Sequence record: DRR723986_3096
Strand: one strand, 5' to 3'
Length of the DNA stretch: 64,000 nt
Of the stretch, positions 39,526 to 49,938 are shown one piece after another. The notes under the pieces are model-generated. The model searched no databases. It was not told the origin of the DNA and worked only from the letters and a program-made list of their open reading frames with translations. The position numbers were made by a program, and so were the translations under genes. Within the stretch, counting starts at the first letter, position 1. Each line of letters opens with the position of its first letter.

Positions 39526-40608
39526 ATGCGTACTTTGCTGATCGTACTCCTTGCCGCTTCAAGCACCCTGGTTCTGGGTTGTCGGAGCAGGCCGATCAAA
39601 ACGATCATGAACGGCAGCATGAATATGGTTGGCCGCATGGACATGTCCGGCGGCATGGACATGACGGGGCAGTTGGCAACTGCGTTCAGGACAGACAACA
39701 CTGCGTCGCGTCTCAGCGCTGTCCCGGTGTATCGAAATGTTACAAGTGGTGGTAGCGTGGCCGTTCTAGACGTGGACGGCCTGCTGGTAAATAAGAACAT
39801 GGCTGGCATGGGTTCGATGGGAGAAAATCCCGTTGCGCTCTTTCGCGAAAAGCTAGACCAACTTACCCGTGAACCTTCGGTGAAGGCAATTGTGCTGCGC
39901 ATCAACAGCCCCGGAGGAGGCGTTACGGCCTGCGACATCATGCTCCGCGACCTCCTTGCTGTGAAGCAGCAGCGCGGCGTACCGGTCGTCGCTTGTATCA
40001 TGGACGTCGGCGCTGGTGGAGCCTATTACTTGTCGACTGCCGCGGATGCCGTCGTAGCGCATCCCACATCGATTCTTGGCGGACTCGGGGTAATTCTGAA
40101 CGTCTACAACCTGGAACTGACCATGAATCAGGTGAACATCGCCAGCATTCCAGTCAAAGCTGGAGAGCACGTCGATATGGCTTCACCGGAGAGGATGATG
40201 GAACAGGTCGAGCGCGAGCAGCTTCAAGCGATGGCGGACGACCTACACCAACGATTGATCGATCGCATCACCGCCTCTAGGCCATCGATCTCCGCCCATG
40301 CGGACGATATCTTCAGTGGAAAAATCATGACCGGAGAGCGAGCTGCGGAATTGTCCTTGGTCGACGACTTGGGGTATCTCGACGACGCAGTTGGCCTAGC
40401 GCGCGAGCTCGCCGGTCTGCCGGCAGACAGCTCTGTCGTCATGCTTAGGCGAGATAACGACCGAGCGTACACGCTACTGGATGTGACGCCAAACTCGCCT
40501 ACAATGTCGTCCTTGATTCCGCTCAACGTGCCCGGGTTGGATCGTCAATCGTTGCCAACCTTTCTCTATATGTGGCAGCCGGAATCGAAATTGGTTGCAG
40601 GCAATTAA
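39526..40608 (+). CDS. S49/SppA-fold lipoprotein, probably catalytically inactive
   Basis: Lipobox-like LVLGC; VKAIVLRINSPGGGV, PVVA and VDDLGYLDDAV. Catalytic motifs are altered (see findings). Confidence 0.8.
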   Translation: MRTLLIVLLAASSTLVLGCRSRPIKTIMNGSMNMVGRMDMSGGMDMTGQLATAFRTDNTASRLSAVPVYRNVTSGGSVAVLDVDGLLVNKNMAGMGSMGENPVALFREKLDQLTREPSVKAIVLRINSPGGGVTACDIMLRDLLAVKQQRGVPVVACIMDVGAGGAYYLSTAADAVVAHPTSILGGLGVILNVYNLELTMNQVNIASIPVKAGEHVDMASPERMMEQVEREQLQAMADDLHQRLIDRITASRPSISAHADDIFSGKIMTGERAAELSLVDDLGYLDDAVGLARELAGLPADSSVVMLRRDNDRAYTLLDVTPNSPTMSSLIPLNVPGLDRQSLPTFLYMWQPESKLVAGN

Positions 40609-41795
40609 CCATCGCAGGAACACTCAGGTTGAACCCTAACGAACAAACTGAGTTACCGACCGAGGGTGATGCTCCCCGAACAGCGATTGATAACGCGAAG
40701 CAGCCCGACGGCCTTATTGTCCGGGGATTACGAAAGTGCCTCGGGCTCGCCGCGGTGCTTTTGCTGATTCAGTTTCTCTTCACCCTAGTCGCTCGATTCG
40801 GCGATACCATCGAGCTCGCTAGCCACTTCAGCATGCACGCCCTGGTGGCCTCTTGCCCAGTTGTGCTCGGTGCATTGATTCTGCGCAGCCGAGCGTCCCT
40901 CTGGATGGGCCTCACTGTATTGCTTGGGCACCTGATAATCGTACAGCCCTGGAGTTTGTACCTAGCCACACCGACCAGCCTGACGACCAAGTACGAACGC
41001 TCGTTGACGGTTCTTTCATGGAATGTGCTCAGTTCCAACTATCAGTTCGAAGCGGTTGACGAAGTTATTCGTAATGCCGATGCTGACTTGTTGATATTGA
41101 TCGAAGTGCGGCCAGGATTCCTAGACGACCTGAGCGCCATTGAAGAACTCGGTTACCAACGACGGCTTGTGCGACCTAGTTGGCGTGGCGGAGGAATCGC
41201 TGTCTTCGCCCGCGATAGTTCCATCGAGCTTGAGGCCATGGACTTCGGCTACGAGACATACCCGGTGATCGTTGCGAAGATCCCACGCGAATCTGGGCTG
41301 CGCAGCGAAGCGGTCCCGGCCCTAAGCTCTGACGATCTGGAAGCACCAACGGAAAGTGGCTCTAAGCCCAGCGGACCGGAGAGCCCTGCCGAGAATCCCG
41401 CCGAGAGCTTTGCCGAGAACCACGAACAACCCGTCTACTTGATTGCACAGCATACGTTTTCCCCCATGCCGATCTCCCGCACGCCACACCGAGACAATCA
41501 ACTGCTGGCGTCCGTGCAATTCGCTCTTGAGCACTCAAGTGCACCGACACTTCTGGTTGGGGATCTCAACGTAACGCCTTGGGCTCCGGTCTTTGGTGAG
41601 TTGCTTGATGCTGGCTTCGAGGACTCTCGGGTCGGTAAAGGAAATTGCCCAAGCTGGCCTGCTGGAGCCGGACCAGTAGGAATTCCAATTGACCATGTGC
41701 TGCACCGCGGAAAGTGCGCTGTTTCTCAGCGAGTGGTGTTGCCGACTGCCCCCGGTTCAGACCACCGTCCAGTCAGTTTTACGTTGCACTACTGA
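40572..41795 (+). CDS. Endonuclease/exonuclease/phosphatase family protein with N-terminal TM helices
   Basis: LSWNV, LIEV, GDLNVTPW, IDHVL and GSDHRPV. Exact start uncertain. Confidence 0.85.
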   Translation: MAAGIEIGCRQLTIAGTLRLNPNEQTELPTEGDAPRTAIDNAKQPDGLIVRGLRKCLGLAAVLLLIQFLFTLVARFGDTIELASHFSMHALVASCPVVLGALILRSRASLWMGLTVLLGHLIIVQPWSLYLATPTSLTTKYERSLTVLSWNVLSSNYQFEAVDEVIRNADADLLILIEVRPGFLDDLSAIEELGYQRRLVRPSWRGGGIAVFARDSSIELEAMDFGYETYPVIVAKIPRESGLRSEAVPALSSDDLEAPTESGSKPSGPESPAENPAESFAENHEQPVYLIAQHTFSPMPISRTPHRDNQLLASVQFALEHSSAPTLLVGDLNVTPWAPVFGELLDAGFEDSRVGKGNCPSWPAGAGPVGIPIDHVLHRGKCAVSQRVVLPTAPGSDHRPVSFTLHY

Positions 41796-41888
41796 GTTGC
41801 GCTGCGCTACTGGTTTTTGGGGGTGCGCTAGTTTTTGGGCTCGCTGAGTCTTGGACTGCCGTACTGGCCGGCTCAAGCAGCCCTTCGA

Positions 41889-42752
41889 CTACGCCTGCTT
41901 CGGAAGTGCTTGTTGGATGCGTTTCATCACGCGCGTCCAGCCCAGACATTTTGCGAGCGCTAGTGGCGTCATGCCATTGCCTGCTGGCTTGGCGGGATCC
42001 GCTCCATGAGTCAGGCAGACGTCAACGCCGTCGAGCGATCCGGCGAGTGCAAGTTGGTGTATGAAGGTAAAACCTTTGTCGTCGGGCTCGTGAACCATCT
42101 CAGGTTTTTCTTTCAGTTGCGATTCGAGCGACTCGCGCATGTTGACTGACATCGGGTGCTCCGCCGCAGCCACTTCGGCGTAGTCCTGTGGTTTGCTACT
42201 GCCGCCGAGAATCTTGCCAAGCAACCCGCCCTTGGGAGCTTTTCCGCCGATGTACTGTGGTGGGACCAAGTTGACGATTCCTACCTTTCCGAAGTTCATC
42301 CCCCAAGCATCGTCGTGCTGCTTTCGTTCCGACTTTCCCAACCGCGAACGCATCAAGTCGACAGTGAATCCGCCGTAGACGTGACCTGCCTGAACATACA
42401 TCCAGTCTGTGAGCCGCTTGCCAGGCACGCTGACTCGGTCACCCTCGCTAACGCTGCGGAGTGAATTGGGGGAGTTGATCAGTTGTCCAGTGACCTCCTT
42501 TCCATCGAAGTTCACATCGACCATCCACATGTGCTCGACTTCCAGGCCGCCGGGGTTCTCCGCTCGCACCTCTTCGGGATCCGAGAAAGCGGCTTTTACC
42601 GCAGACATCTCAAGCCCGGGGATGATGCGTCGGTAATCCCAGGCCAGCTCACGCCAAAAATAGCGAAACGTCTTTCTTGCTTTTGCAGCGGCTTGTGCCA
42701 TCTCCTTGTCGTCACCCTCGAAAAGCATGACGGTAGATTCGCTCTCAGACAT
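41889..42752 (-). CDS. DUF2314 (YegJ-like) protein with C-terminal ankyrin repeat
   Basis: FRYFWRELAW...EHMW...GQLINSP...DWMY...GGFTV, followed by an ankyrin-like GFTFIHQLALAG...HGADP...GMTPL. Confidence 0.75.
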   Translation of the reverse strand: MSESESTVMLFEGDDKEMAQAAAKARKTFRYFWRELAWDYRRIIPGLEMSAVKAAFSDPEEVRAENPGGLEVEHMWMVDVNFDGKEVTGQLINSPNSLRSVSEGDRVSVPGKRLTDWMYVQAGHVYGGFTVDLMRSRLGKSERKQHDDAWGMNFGKVGIVNLVPPQYIGGKAPKGGLLGKILGGSSKPQDYAEVAAAEHPMSVNMRESLESQLKEKPEMVHEPDDKGFTFIHQLALAGSLDGVDVCLTHGADPAKPAGNGMTPLALAKCLGWTRVMKRIQQALPKQA

Positions 42753-43066
42753 CTTGACCAGACCCAAATAAAACCAGAGTTATCGATCGCCCTCATTCGG
42801 CAAGCGCAAAACGATTTTACAAATCGCGACACCGGATTTCAAGCAGCCTCGAACTCCCCAGTCTTAGAGTGAAAACCGACGGCGTAGTGCTACTGCGGCT
42901 CAGTTGAACGTCGTTGCCCGTCCAAGCCCTCTCGACTTGCCGCAAACCAGCCGATCCATTTTGCAAGGCCTTCATGTCCAGGCCCGTCACCGACACGGTG
43001 GTGGAAGCTGGCCTAATTTTGCACTAAGCTAGTCGGTCCACTCCACTCAATCCTGATCACGAAGTC

Positions 43067-45088
43067 TTGGTGTCCTCCGCCGCCGTGCATAGGTGTCGCG
43101 TCGCTAAGAATTGGCAACTGAGAATAGGCAATTCGTCGATGACTCGCTCCAAGCTTTGCACTCTGCCAATCGCCTCGAATTCCGAAGGCAGGGTGGCTTA
43201 TCGCCGATTACCAACAATCATGCGGCTGGTTGAACTGCCCCTGCTGGCGTTAGTGACGTGCCTTTCCTCGCTGCTCGCATCACATGGGCTAGCTCAAGAT
43301 CCGCCGACGATGACGCACGGCCCGATCCTAGGGCATCCAGACTCGCACGGCATGAAGATATGGGCGCGAACCAGTCGACCGACAGCATTTCAAGTGCGGT
43401 ACGGCACCGATCCGAATAATCTTGATTCGCAGGCAATTGCACCGGAAACCAAGTTCGGTGATGACTTGACGGGCATAGCCGAGCTAGAGAAACTGCGACC
43501 CGACACACGTTACTTCTACCAAGTGTTTATTGCAGACTTTCCGCAGGGTAGCGTCAGTTCGTTTCGGACCTTGCCTGACTCCACCGAGTTAGCCGATCCA
43601 GAATACAATCCGCGAGGTCTATTCAACTTTAAGTTCGAAGTTGGCTGTTGTTCAAACCAGAATCCCATGCACGGCATTGGGCACTCACTGCCAACTTACA
43701 AGACGATGAACCGCACGCTTGCTGGCGATGTTGATTTTGCCATCATGAACGGCGACTGGCTCTACGAAGAACTTCGCGAAACGCCTCCTGCTGCTTGGTT
43801 GACCGCCAATGGGCTGAACGCTGAATCAGCCCCAGATGAAGTTTCCGTGATGCCGTCGATTGTTGGCGTTTGGGAGAACTACAAACTCTATCTTTCCCGC
43901 GGCGTACCACTGGCCAAGTGGCACACCCAGGTCCCAAGCATGTTCACCTTCGATGATCATGAACTGGTCAATGATATCTGGGGCGCAGGCTCAGCCGGAC
44001 GGCGACACCGGCGTACAGTGTTTAGAGATATCGGAACCCGTGCGTGGTACGACTATCTTGGATGGGCCAACCCAACCGAACACGACCGGAAAATGCACTT
44101 CGGTGTAGCCGAGCTGAAGAAAGGAAGCGATTTGCTCGTCGACGCATCGGCTGACTTTACCAAACTCTCGTTGCAGCAACTGTCGAATTTGCACGTCCAC
44201 TGGGGCACTGCTACCGCTGGTGTCAACGACATGAAATTTGATGACGACAGCGGTGATCCCAATTCACGCGTCTACGATATCGCAGAAGTCGTTGATGCTC
44301 ACACGCTGCGGCTCCATATGCCAGCAGTTGCGTCGGGGAAGTCGAGTTATTCGATCGGCCGTCGTAGTTATGGCTCGATGCGAGTTGCCAACTGCGAAAT
44401 CTTCCTGCTAGACACGCGATCACATCGTGAAATGCACGATACGAAGAATCCAACCAAACCAGGGCTCACGATGCTTGGCAAGCAACAGCGTCAGTGGCTG
44501 GAACAATCGATGGCTGCCAGTGATGCAGATTTTTTCTTCGTCGTTTCCAGTGTCCCAATGATGATTCCGCACTCGGGAGCAGGCGGATTCGAATTCGAAG
44601 AGGGGAACAAGGAAGAGGCCTGGGTGGCGTTTCTTGATGAACGCGAATCACTCGTAGATTTCTGGGACGATCTCGGAAAACCCGTCTTGGTAATGACCGG
44701 TGACTTGCACAACAGTTTCGCAATCCGAGTCACAGACAACGTTTATGAATTCTGCTGTGGCCCGCACAACTCGGTGAATCATGTTCCTTCGTTGGATGAA
44801 GACGATCGACCGGCAACAGGATGGTACGACTCGGGGCCCCGGCGCTGCGACATCCGCTGGTCGAGCTACATTCTGCCGGACCTTCCGCGGCTTGAGCGTT
44901 GCTATCCGTACTACTGCGTTGTACAGGTGAACAACGTTTTCAACATGCCTCAGAAACTTGGCGGCAAGCGGTTGGTCGAATACCCTCACCCGCAGGTCAT
45001 CTTGCAGTACTACGAAGGCCGCACTGGTAAACTGGCCTACTCGGAAACGATCACCGTTGACCACGGACCACGCGACGGCAAGAAGTAA
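43067..45088 (+). CDS. Alkaline phosphatase D (PhoD)-family metallophosphatase, secreted
   Basis: HGPILG...IWART FN3-like N-domain, MNGDWLY, FDDHE, LLDTRSHR, LGKQQRQWL and TGDLH. The start is probably further downstream (43139 or 43220 region). Confidence 0.82.
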   Translation: MVSSAAVHRCRVAKNWQLRIGNSSMTRSKLCTLPIASNSEGRVAYRRLPTIMRLVELPLLALVTCLSSLLASHGLAQDPPTMTHGPILGHPDSHGMKIWARTSRPTAFQVRYGTDPNNLDSQAIAPETKFGDDLTGIAELEKLRPDTRYFYQVFIADFPQGSVSSFRTLPDSTELADPEYNPRGLFNFKFEVGCCSNQNPMHGIGHSLPTYKTMNRTLAGDVDFAIMNGDWLYEELRETPPAAWLTANGLNAESAPDEVSVMPSIVGVWENYKLYLSRGVPLAKWHTQVPSMFTFDDHELVNDIWGAGSAGRRHRRTVFRDIGTRAWYDYLGWANPTEHDRKMHFGVAELKKGSDLLVDASADFTKLSLQQLSNLHVHWGTATAGVNDMKFDDDSGDPNSRVYDIAEVVDAHTLRLHMPAVASGKSSYSIGRRSYGSMRVANCEIFLLDTRSHREMHDTKNPTKPGLTMLGKQQRQWLEQSMAASDADFFFVVSSVPMMIPHSGAGGFEFEEGNKEEAWVAFLDERESLVDFWDDLGKPVLVMTGDLHNSFAIRVTDNVYEFCCGPHNSVNHVPSLDEDDRPATGWYDSGPRRCDIRWSSYILPDLPRLERCYPYYCVVQVNNVFNMPQKLGGKRLVEYPHPQVILQYYEGRTGKLAYSETITVDHGPRDGKK

Positions 45089-45171
45089 GCCGCCGCGAGT
45101 GAAAACCATAAACGCACAATCTCTGACTACAAATTTAGCTAAAACTGACAAAGCGACTGGGTAGAACACCG

Positions 45172-47907
45172 ATGAAATTCCATGCAAAACGAAGCCGTGC
45201 ATTAAGCTACTTTGGCTTAGCTTGTACGGCACTAATGCTGGCAAGCCAAGCAACGATCGATGTAGCAATTGGGGCCGAACCAAGTAGCGGCGTTGCGCTC
45301 CAGTCAGGCGACCATGTCTGTATCGTTGGCAACGAACTTGGTGAACGACTGCAGCATCACAACCACTTTGAAAGCTTGCTGCACGCCTCGGCCCCCGAAT
45401 TGAAGTTGGTGGTCCGCAACCTGTGCTTCCCAGGCGACGAGGTGGTGACCAGAATTCGTTCAATGAACTTTGGCTCCCCGGATTCGCACCTGCAGCACAG
45501 CCAAGCTTCGGTCATTCTTTATTTCTTCGGATACAACGAATCGTTCGGTGGCAAAGCGAACGTTGAGCAGTTTGCAAACGATTATCGCAACTTGCTCGGC
45601 GAAAACGCTCAGCAGAATTTCAGCGGCAAGGGCGCGCCACGGATCATCCTGGTTTCACCGATCGCATTCGAAAACACCGGTGACCCACTGCTGCCAACTG
45701 GCGAAGCGGAAAATGCGAACCTCGCACTTTACACCGATGCAATTAAAAGAGTTGCCGCTGCGACGGGCGCTGGCTTCGTCGATCTCTTCACACCTACGAA
45801 GGAGCTCTTCGAATCAAGTGACCAGCGGCTCACGTTCAATGGTTGCCACCTAAACGATCTTGGCTATCGCAAGCTCGCACCGATCTTGGTGGAAGCGCTG
45901 CTCGGCAAGGCAGCTCAAGACGTTTCGCCCGAGTTGACAAGCGTCGTTGATGACAAGAATTTCCACTGGTGGCACCGTTATCGCGCCGTCAATGGCTACT
46001 CGATCTACGGAGCGCGTGGTAAAGCTGGCTCCGACGGCACCTACAACAATACGGATGTCATGGAACGCGAACGTGCGATCCTAGACCAGATGACCGCCAA
46101 TCGTGATGAGCGGATCTTTGCCATCGCCTCTGGTGAGAACGTTGAAGGACCGATCGACGACTCGAACACGCTTCCCTTCATCAATCCACGCACTAACGTT
46201 GGCGGTCCAGATGACAAACAAGCCAAGCTTGGGAAACTTGGGTCGCTCGATTATTTGCCTGCCGAAGAGCAACAGAAGCTCTTCAAGCTTCCCGACGGAT
46301 ATGAAATCCAGCTAGTTGCATCTGAGCAGCAGTTTCCCGAACTTGCCAATCCAGTGGCCTTGGATTTCGATGGACAAGGCAGGCTCTGGGTCTCGACCAT
46401 GGCTTCTTACCCGCAGTGGAAACCAAAGACGAAGCTGGACGATAAACTGCTCATCCTGGAAGACAGCGATGGCGATGGCGTTGCCGATGAGTGCAAGGTG
46501 TTTGCCGATGGTCTGCACCAACCGACAGGTTTTGAGATTGGAAACGGCGGCGTCTATATCGCACAACAGCCCGACATCCTTTTCATGCAAGACACCGACG
46601 GTGACGACGTTGCCGACACACGCATCCGTCAGATCGTCGGCCTTGACTCGGCTGATTCGCACCATGGCATCTCTGCTTTTGTCTGGGGCCCTGGCGGCAA
46701 CCTTTACTTCAATGAAGGCACGTTTAAGTTCTCGCAAGTCGAAAGCCCGTACGGCGTAACACGACTGGGCGAGGCAGGAGTCTGGAAGTACAACCCCAAG
46801 ACGCAAAGCTGCGACGTGCATGCTTCGTTTGCCTTTGCTAACCCTTGGGGACACGTCTTCGACTACTGGGGGCAAGACTTCATTGCAGATGCATCCCCCG
46901 GCTTCTCCTACTGGGCCGCCCCGATAACAGGACACATTGAATACCCAAACAAACACCCCGGTGGCGCCCAGCACAAGAGAGTGGCTGACTTTGGCGGCGG
47001 AGATCCGAAGTATCGCCACCCAACCTTTTACCCAAAGCGGACGCGGCCAAGCGCAGGGGCCGAATTCGTCTCCAGCGAGCATTTCCCAGATGACATCCAG
47101 GGCAATTTCTTACTAACGAACTGCATCGGTGATCGAGCAGTGCTTAATCACCAAGTCAGCGAAGATGGAACTGGTCTAAAGGGCGAAGAAACCACACCGC
47201 TCGTCTACTGTGAAGACGGAAACTTCCGTCCTGTAGATGTTCAATTCGGCCCCGACGGCGCACTCTACATCGTCGACTGGCACAACGCGCTTATCGGTCA
47301 CTTGCAGCATAACTTGCGAGAACCCAATCGCGACACATCGCACGGGCGAATCTGGCGCGTGACCTACAAGGGCCGGCCGCTCACGGAGTACAAGAACGTC
47401 GAAGAGCTCACCACTGCCGAGTTGCTGGATGAATTGAAGCTTTCGGCAGATCGTTTGCGATACGCGGCCCGGCGAGAATTGGCAACGCGAGACGCGGAAG
47501 AGGTTGTCCAGGCAACCGCCCAGTGGTTACAGAACATGGATACCGCCGACCCCGACCTCGAGCACCACAAGCTAGAAGCCCTGTGGGTTCACCAGACGCA
47601 ACAGATTGTCAACGAAACGCTTCTTAAGGAAGTCCTCGCCTCCGATGACCACCGGGCTCGTGCTGCCGCGGTTCGGGTTCTTTCGGCCTGGATGCCACGC
47701 TTACCATCTTCGATGGAACTGCTCGCCAAAGCGGTTGCGGATGAAAATCCACGCGTTCGGCTGGAAGCCGTCAGGGCTTTGAGTTTTGCCGGTCCCGACC
47801 AAGTCGACGCGGCGATAGAAACCGCCCTGGAAGTCCTCAATGGCGACATCGACGACTACCTTCAGTACACGCTTGATGAAACCATGCGGACACTAGAGAA
47901 CCTGTAA
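45172..47907 (+). CDS. PVC-type putative membrane-bound dehydrogenase: SGNH-like domain, beta-propeller, HEAT repeats (no own CxxCH)
   Basis: SGNH-like N-domain; FKLPDGYEIQLVASE...NPVALDFD...LEDSDGDG...FRPVDVQFGPDGALYIVDW; HEAT-like PRVRLEAVRAL. Confidence 0.8.
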   Translation: MKFHAKRSRALSYFGLACTALMLASQATIDVAIGAEPSSGVALQSGDHVCIVGNELGERLQHHNHFESLLHASAPELKLVVRNLCFPGDEVVTRIRSMNFGSPDSHLQHSQASVILYFFGYNESFGGKANVEQFANDYRNLLGENAQQNFSGKGAPRIILVSPIAFENTGDPLLPTGEAENANLALYTDAIKRVAAATGAGFVDLFTPTKELFESSDQRLTFNGCHLNDLGYRKLAPILVEALLGKAAQDVSPELTSVVDDKNFHWWHRYRAVNGYSIYGARGKAGSDGTYNNTDVMERERAILDQMTANRDERIFAIASGENVEGPIDDSNTLPFINPRTNVGGPDDKQAKLGKLGSLDYLPAEEQQKLFKLPDGYEIQLVASEQQFPELANPVALDFDGQGRLWVSTMASYPQWKPKTKLDDKLLILEDSDGDGVADECKVFADGLHQPTGFEIGNGGVYIAQQPDILFMQDTDGDDVADTRIRQIVGLDSADSHHGISAFVWGPGGNLYFNEGTFKFSQVESPYGVTRLGEAGVWKYNPKTQSCDVHASFAFANPWGHVFDYWGQDFIADASPGFSYWAAPITGHIEYPNKHPGGAQHKRVADFGGGDPKYRHPTFYPKRTRPSAGAEFVSSEHFPDDIQGNFLLTNCIGDRAVLNHQVSEDGTGLKGEETTPLVYCEDGNFRPVDVQFGPDGALYIVDWHNALIGHLQHNLREPNRDTSHGRIWRVTYKGRPLTEYKNVEELTTAELLDELKLSADRLRYAARRELATRDAEEVVQATAQWLQNMDTADPDLEHHKLEALWVHQTQQIVNETLLKEVLASDDHRARAAAVRVLSAWMPRLPSSMELLAKAVADENPRVRLEAVRALSFAGPDQVDAAIETALEVLNGDIDDYLQYTLDETMRTLENL

Positions 47908-47910
47908 ATA

Positions 47911-49851
47911 ATGTGCATTATGAATCGATTCTGTAGCAAGTTGTTGTGCATTGTAGTCAGTTTGTCACTTGGCCAATTTGCACACTGTCAACATGACCAT
48001 TCGTCGGGGAATGACAAGCCGCAGGTGCCCAAGATCTACTTGGACAAGAGCCCGCGGATTGTCTCCTACCAGCTTGGTCGTTTGAGCAATGAGCAACTGT
48101 TGTTGGTACCAACGGCGACGGATGACCCGAAGTACCGTCCCGTTCTTGAGGCGATCCTCTCTCGAGTTGGAATGTCACAGGCTGACCGAGAAGACGCATT
48201 GGCGGGGCTGGTTACCATCAGCAGCTCAAGTCCCGTTGCCGAGCTCATCGCGGTCATTGAAGGAGTGGATGGTGAGGACGAGAATTCAGAGCTAACAATG
48301 CGGTCGCTGGCTAGCATGCTGCTCGAACAACCTCGTGAGAATTTGCTGGCTGCTAAAAACGAGTTAGTTGGGCTGGCCAAGTCGGCGTCTGGACTGCAGG
48401 CCATTGCCGGTTGCGCTGCCCTCATCACAGCCAACCAAGCAGAACTGGCCCGGTCGGCAGCCACCGAAGGAGCTGGGTTGGAAGTCTACCTGCAGTCGAT
48501 TGCACTGGTCAAAGCACCGGAACAACGCAATGATCTAGCTGGTTCAGTGCTCCGGCTGGCAATTGATTCCAAGGAGCCCAATTCGGTCCGCCGCGCTGCC
48601 ATCACTTCGTTAGCTTCGACAACAGCCGATCAAACTCGAGTGTTTTCAGAACTAGCAGATATCCTGATCGAATCGAAGGAGCTCCGCCCCGCGGCCATTG
48701 GAACGCTGCTCTCAATCCCGCCAAGCAAGCGCGACTCAGAGCACTCAGAAAAACTGACTGGGTGGTTGGTCGACTTCGCCGAATCAACGCCTGCTGCAAA
48801 GCGGACGGAGGACTTCTTCGTCGACGCGATGCAGCTCGTTGATCAACTGCTCGCTGCATCACCCGGTGCCAAAGCTAGGGCCTACCGCGGGCGACTGCGT
48901 GAGACCGTCGTTCGTGTCATTCGCATTCACACCGTCGAAGAAGAAATGCGGTACGACATTCCATACTTTGCGGTGGAGGCAGGAAGACCTGTTCAAATCG
49001 TTTTGGTCAATGAAGACCTGATGCCTCACAATTTGGTTATCACCAAGCCCGGCACACTGCAGGCGGTTGCCGAAGCAGGGTTTGAAGCTGGCACCAAGGG
49101 AGGCTTAGACGGAAAGCAATACGTTCCGGTTTCCGATGACGTCTTGCACGCCACGACGATGATTCCCGCTCGCGAAACCGAGCGACTGACTTTCACGACC
49201 CCCGATGCCCCCGGCGAATACCCTTACGTTTGTACTTTCCCTCGGCACTGGATGCGGATGTACGGCGTGATGATCGTGGTCGACAACTTAGACGAGTGGA
49301 ACGCCAATCCAACCAAACCCACTGACCCAGTTGGCAGCAACCGGAATTTTGTACAAAAATGGACGGTTGCCGACTTAGCGGGCGACTTGGATCAAGGCAT
49401 CGTCGGACGCACGCCCTCGATCGGTAAGAAGCTCTTTGAGGAGGCGAGCTGCGCTGGCTGCCACTACGCGGGCGAACTGCGTGTTGGGAACGTTGGCCCT
49501 GAACTGGACACGCTTTACCAGCGCAGGAAGAGCGATCGCCGAGCCATCTTGCGTGAGATTCTGGAACCATCACATCGAATTGATGACGCTTATGCCGTCC
49601 AGTTGTTTCTTACACTCGACGGCGACACAGTTAGCGGCCTTGTGGTAGAGGAATCGAAAGATACGATCTCTATTCTCGAAAACCCTGAAGCCAAGGAGCC
49701 GACCATCCTGGCGACAGAGGACATCGAACAGCGAGTTCGTACGGCTAATTCAATGATGCCCAAGGGGCTTCTCGATCGCTTCAGCAAAGATGAAATCATG
49801 GAGCTGATGGCGTTTATCGAATCGATTCAGAAATCGCAACCCGCGCCCTGA
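47911..49851 (+). CDS. HEAT-like, azurin/plastocyanin (type-1 Cu) and cytochrome c domain protein
   Basis: Type-1 copper ligands MPHN...CTFPRHWMRM; CAGCH followed by VGPELD and SMMP. Confidence 0.85.
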   Translation: MCIMNRFCSKLLCIVVSLSLGQFAHCQHDHSSGNDKPQVPKIYLDKSPRIVSYQLGRLSNEQLLLVPTATDDPKYRPVLEAILSRVGMSQADREDALAGLVTISSSSPVAELIAVIEGVDGEDENSELTMRSLASMLLEQPRENLLAAKNELVGLAKSASGLQAIAGCAALITANQAELARSAATEGAGLEVYLQSIALVKAPEQRNDLAGSVLRLAIDSKEPNSVRRAAITSLASTTADQTRVFSELADILIESKELRPAAIGTLLSIPPSKRDSEHSEKLTGWLVDFAESTPAAKRTEDFFVDAMQLVDQLLAASPGAKARAYRGRLRETVVRVIRIHTVEEEMRYDIPYFAVEAGRPVQIVLVNEDLMPHNLVITKPGTLQAVAEAGFEAGTKGGLDGKQYVPVSDDVLHATTMIPARETERLTFTTPDAPGEYPYVCTFPRHWMRMYGVMIVVDNLDEWNANPTKPTDPVGSNRNFVQKWTVADLAGDLDQGIVGRTPSIGKKLFEEASCAGCHYAGELRVGNVGPELDTLYQRRKSDRRAILREILEPSHRIDDAYAVQLFLTLDGDTVSGLVVEESKDTISILENPEAKEPTILATEDIEQRVRTANSMMPKGLLDRFSKDEIMELMAFIESIQKSQPAP

Positions 49852-49938
49852 CGTCAATTCAGCACAAGTTCGAAGACGGCACTGCTGACATTGGCAGTCC
49901 GGCCGTCGTTACCGCTTCACTAGTTTGGAAACACGCCG

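Noticed and set aside
46312-47082. Long antisense ORFs (also 2281-3012, 35668-36375, 38310-38999, 58881-59708)
   Set aside because: They are shadow frames opposite well-supported genes in GC-rich DNA and carry no protein motifs.
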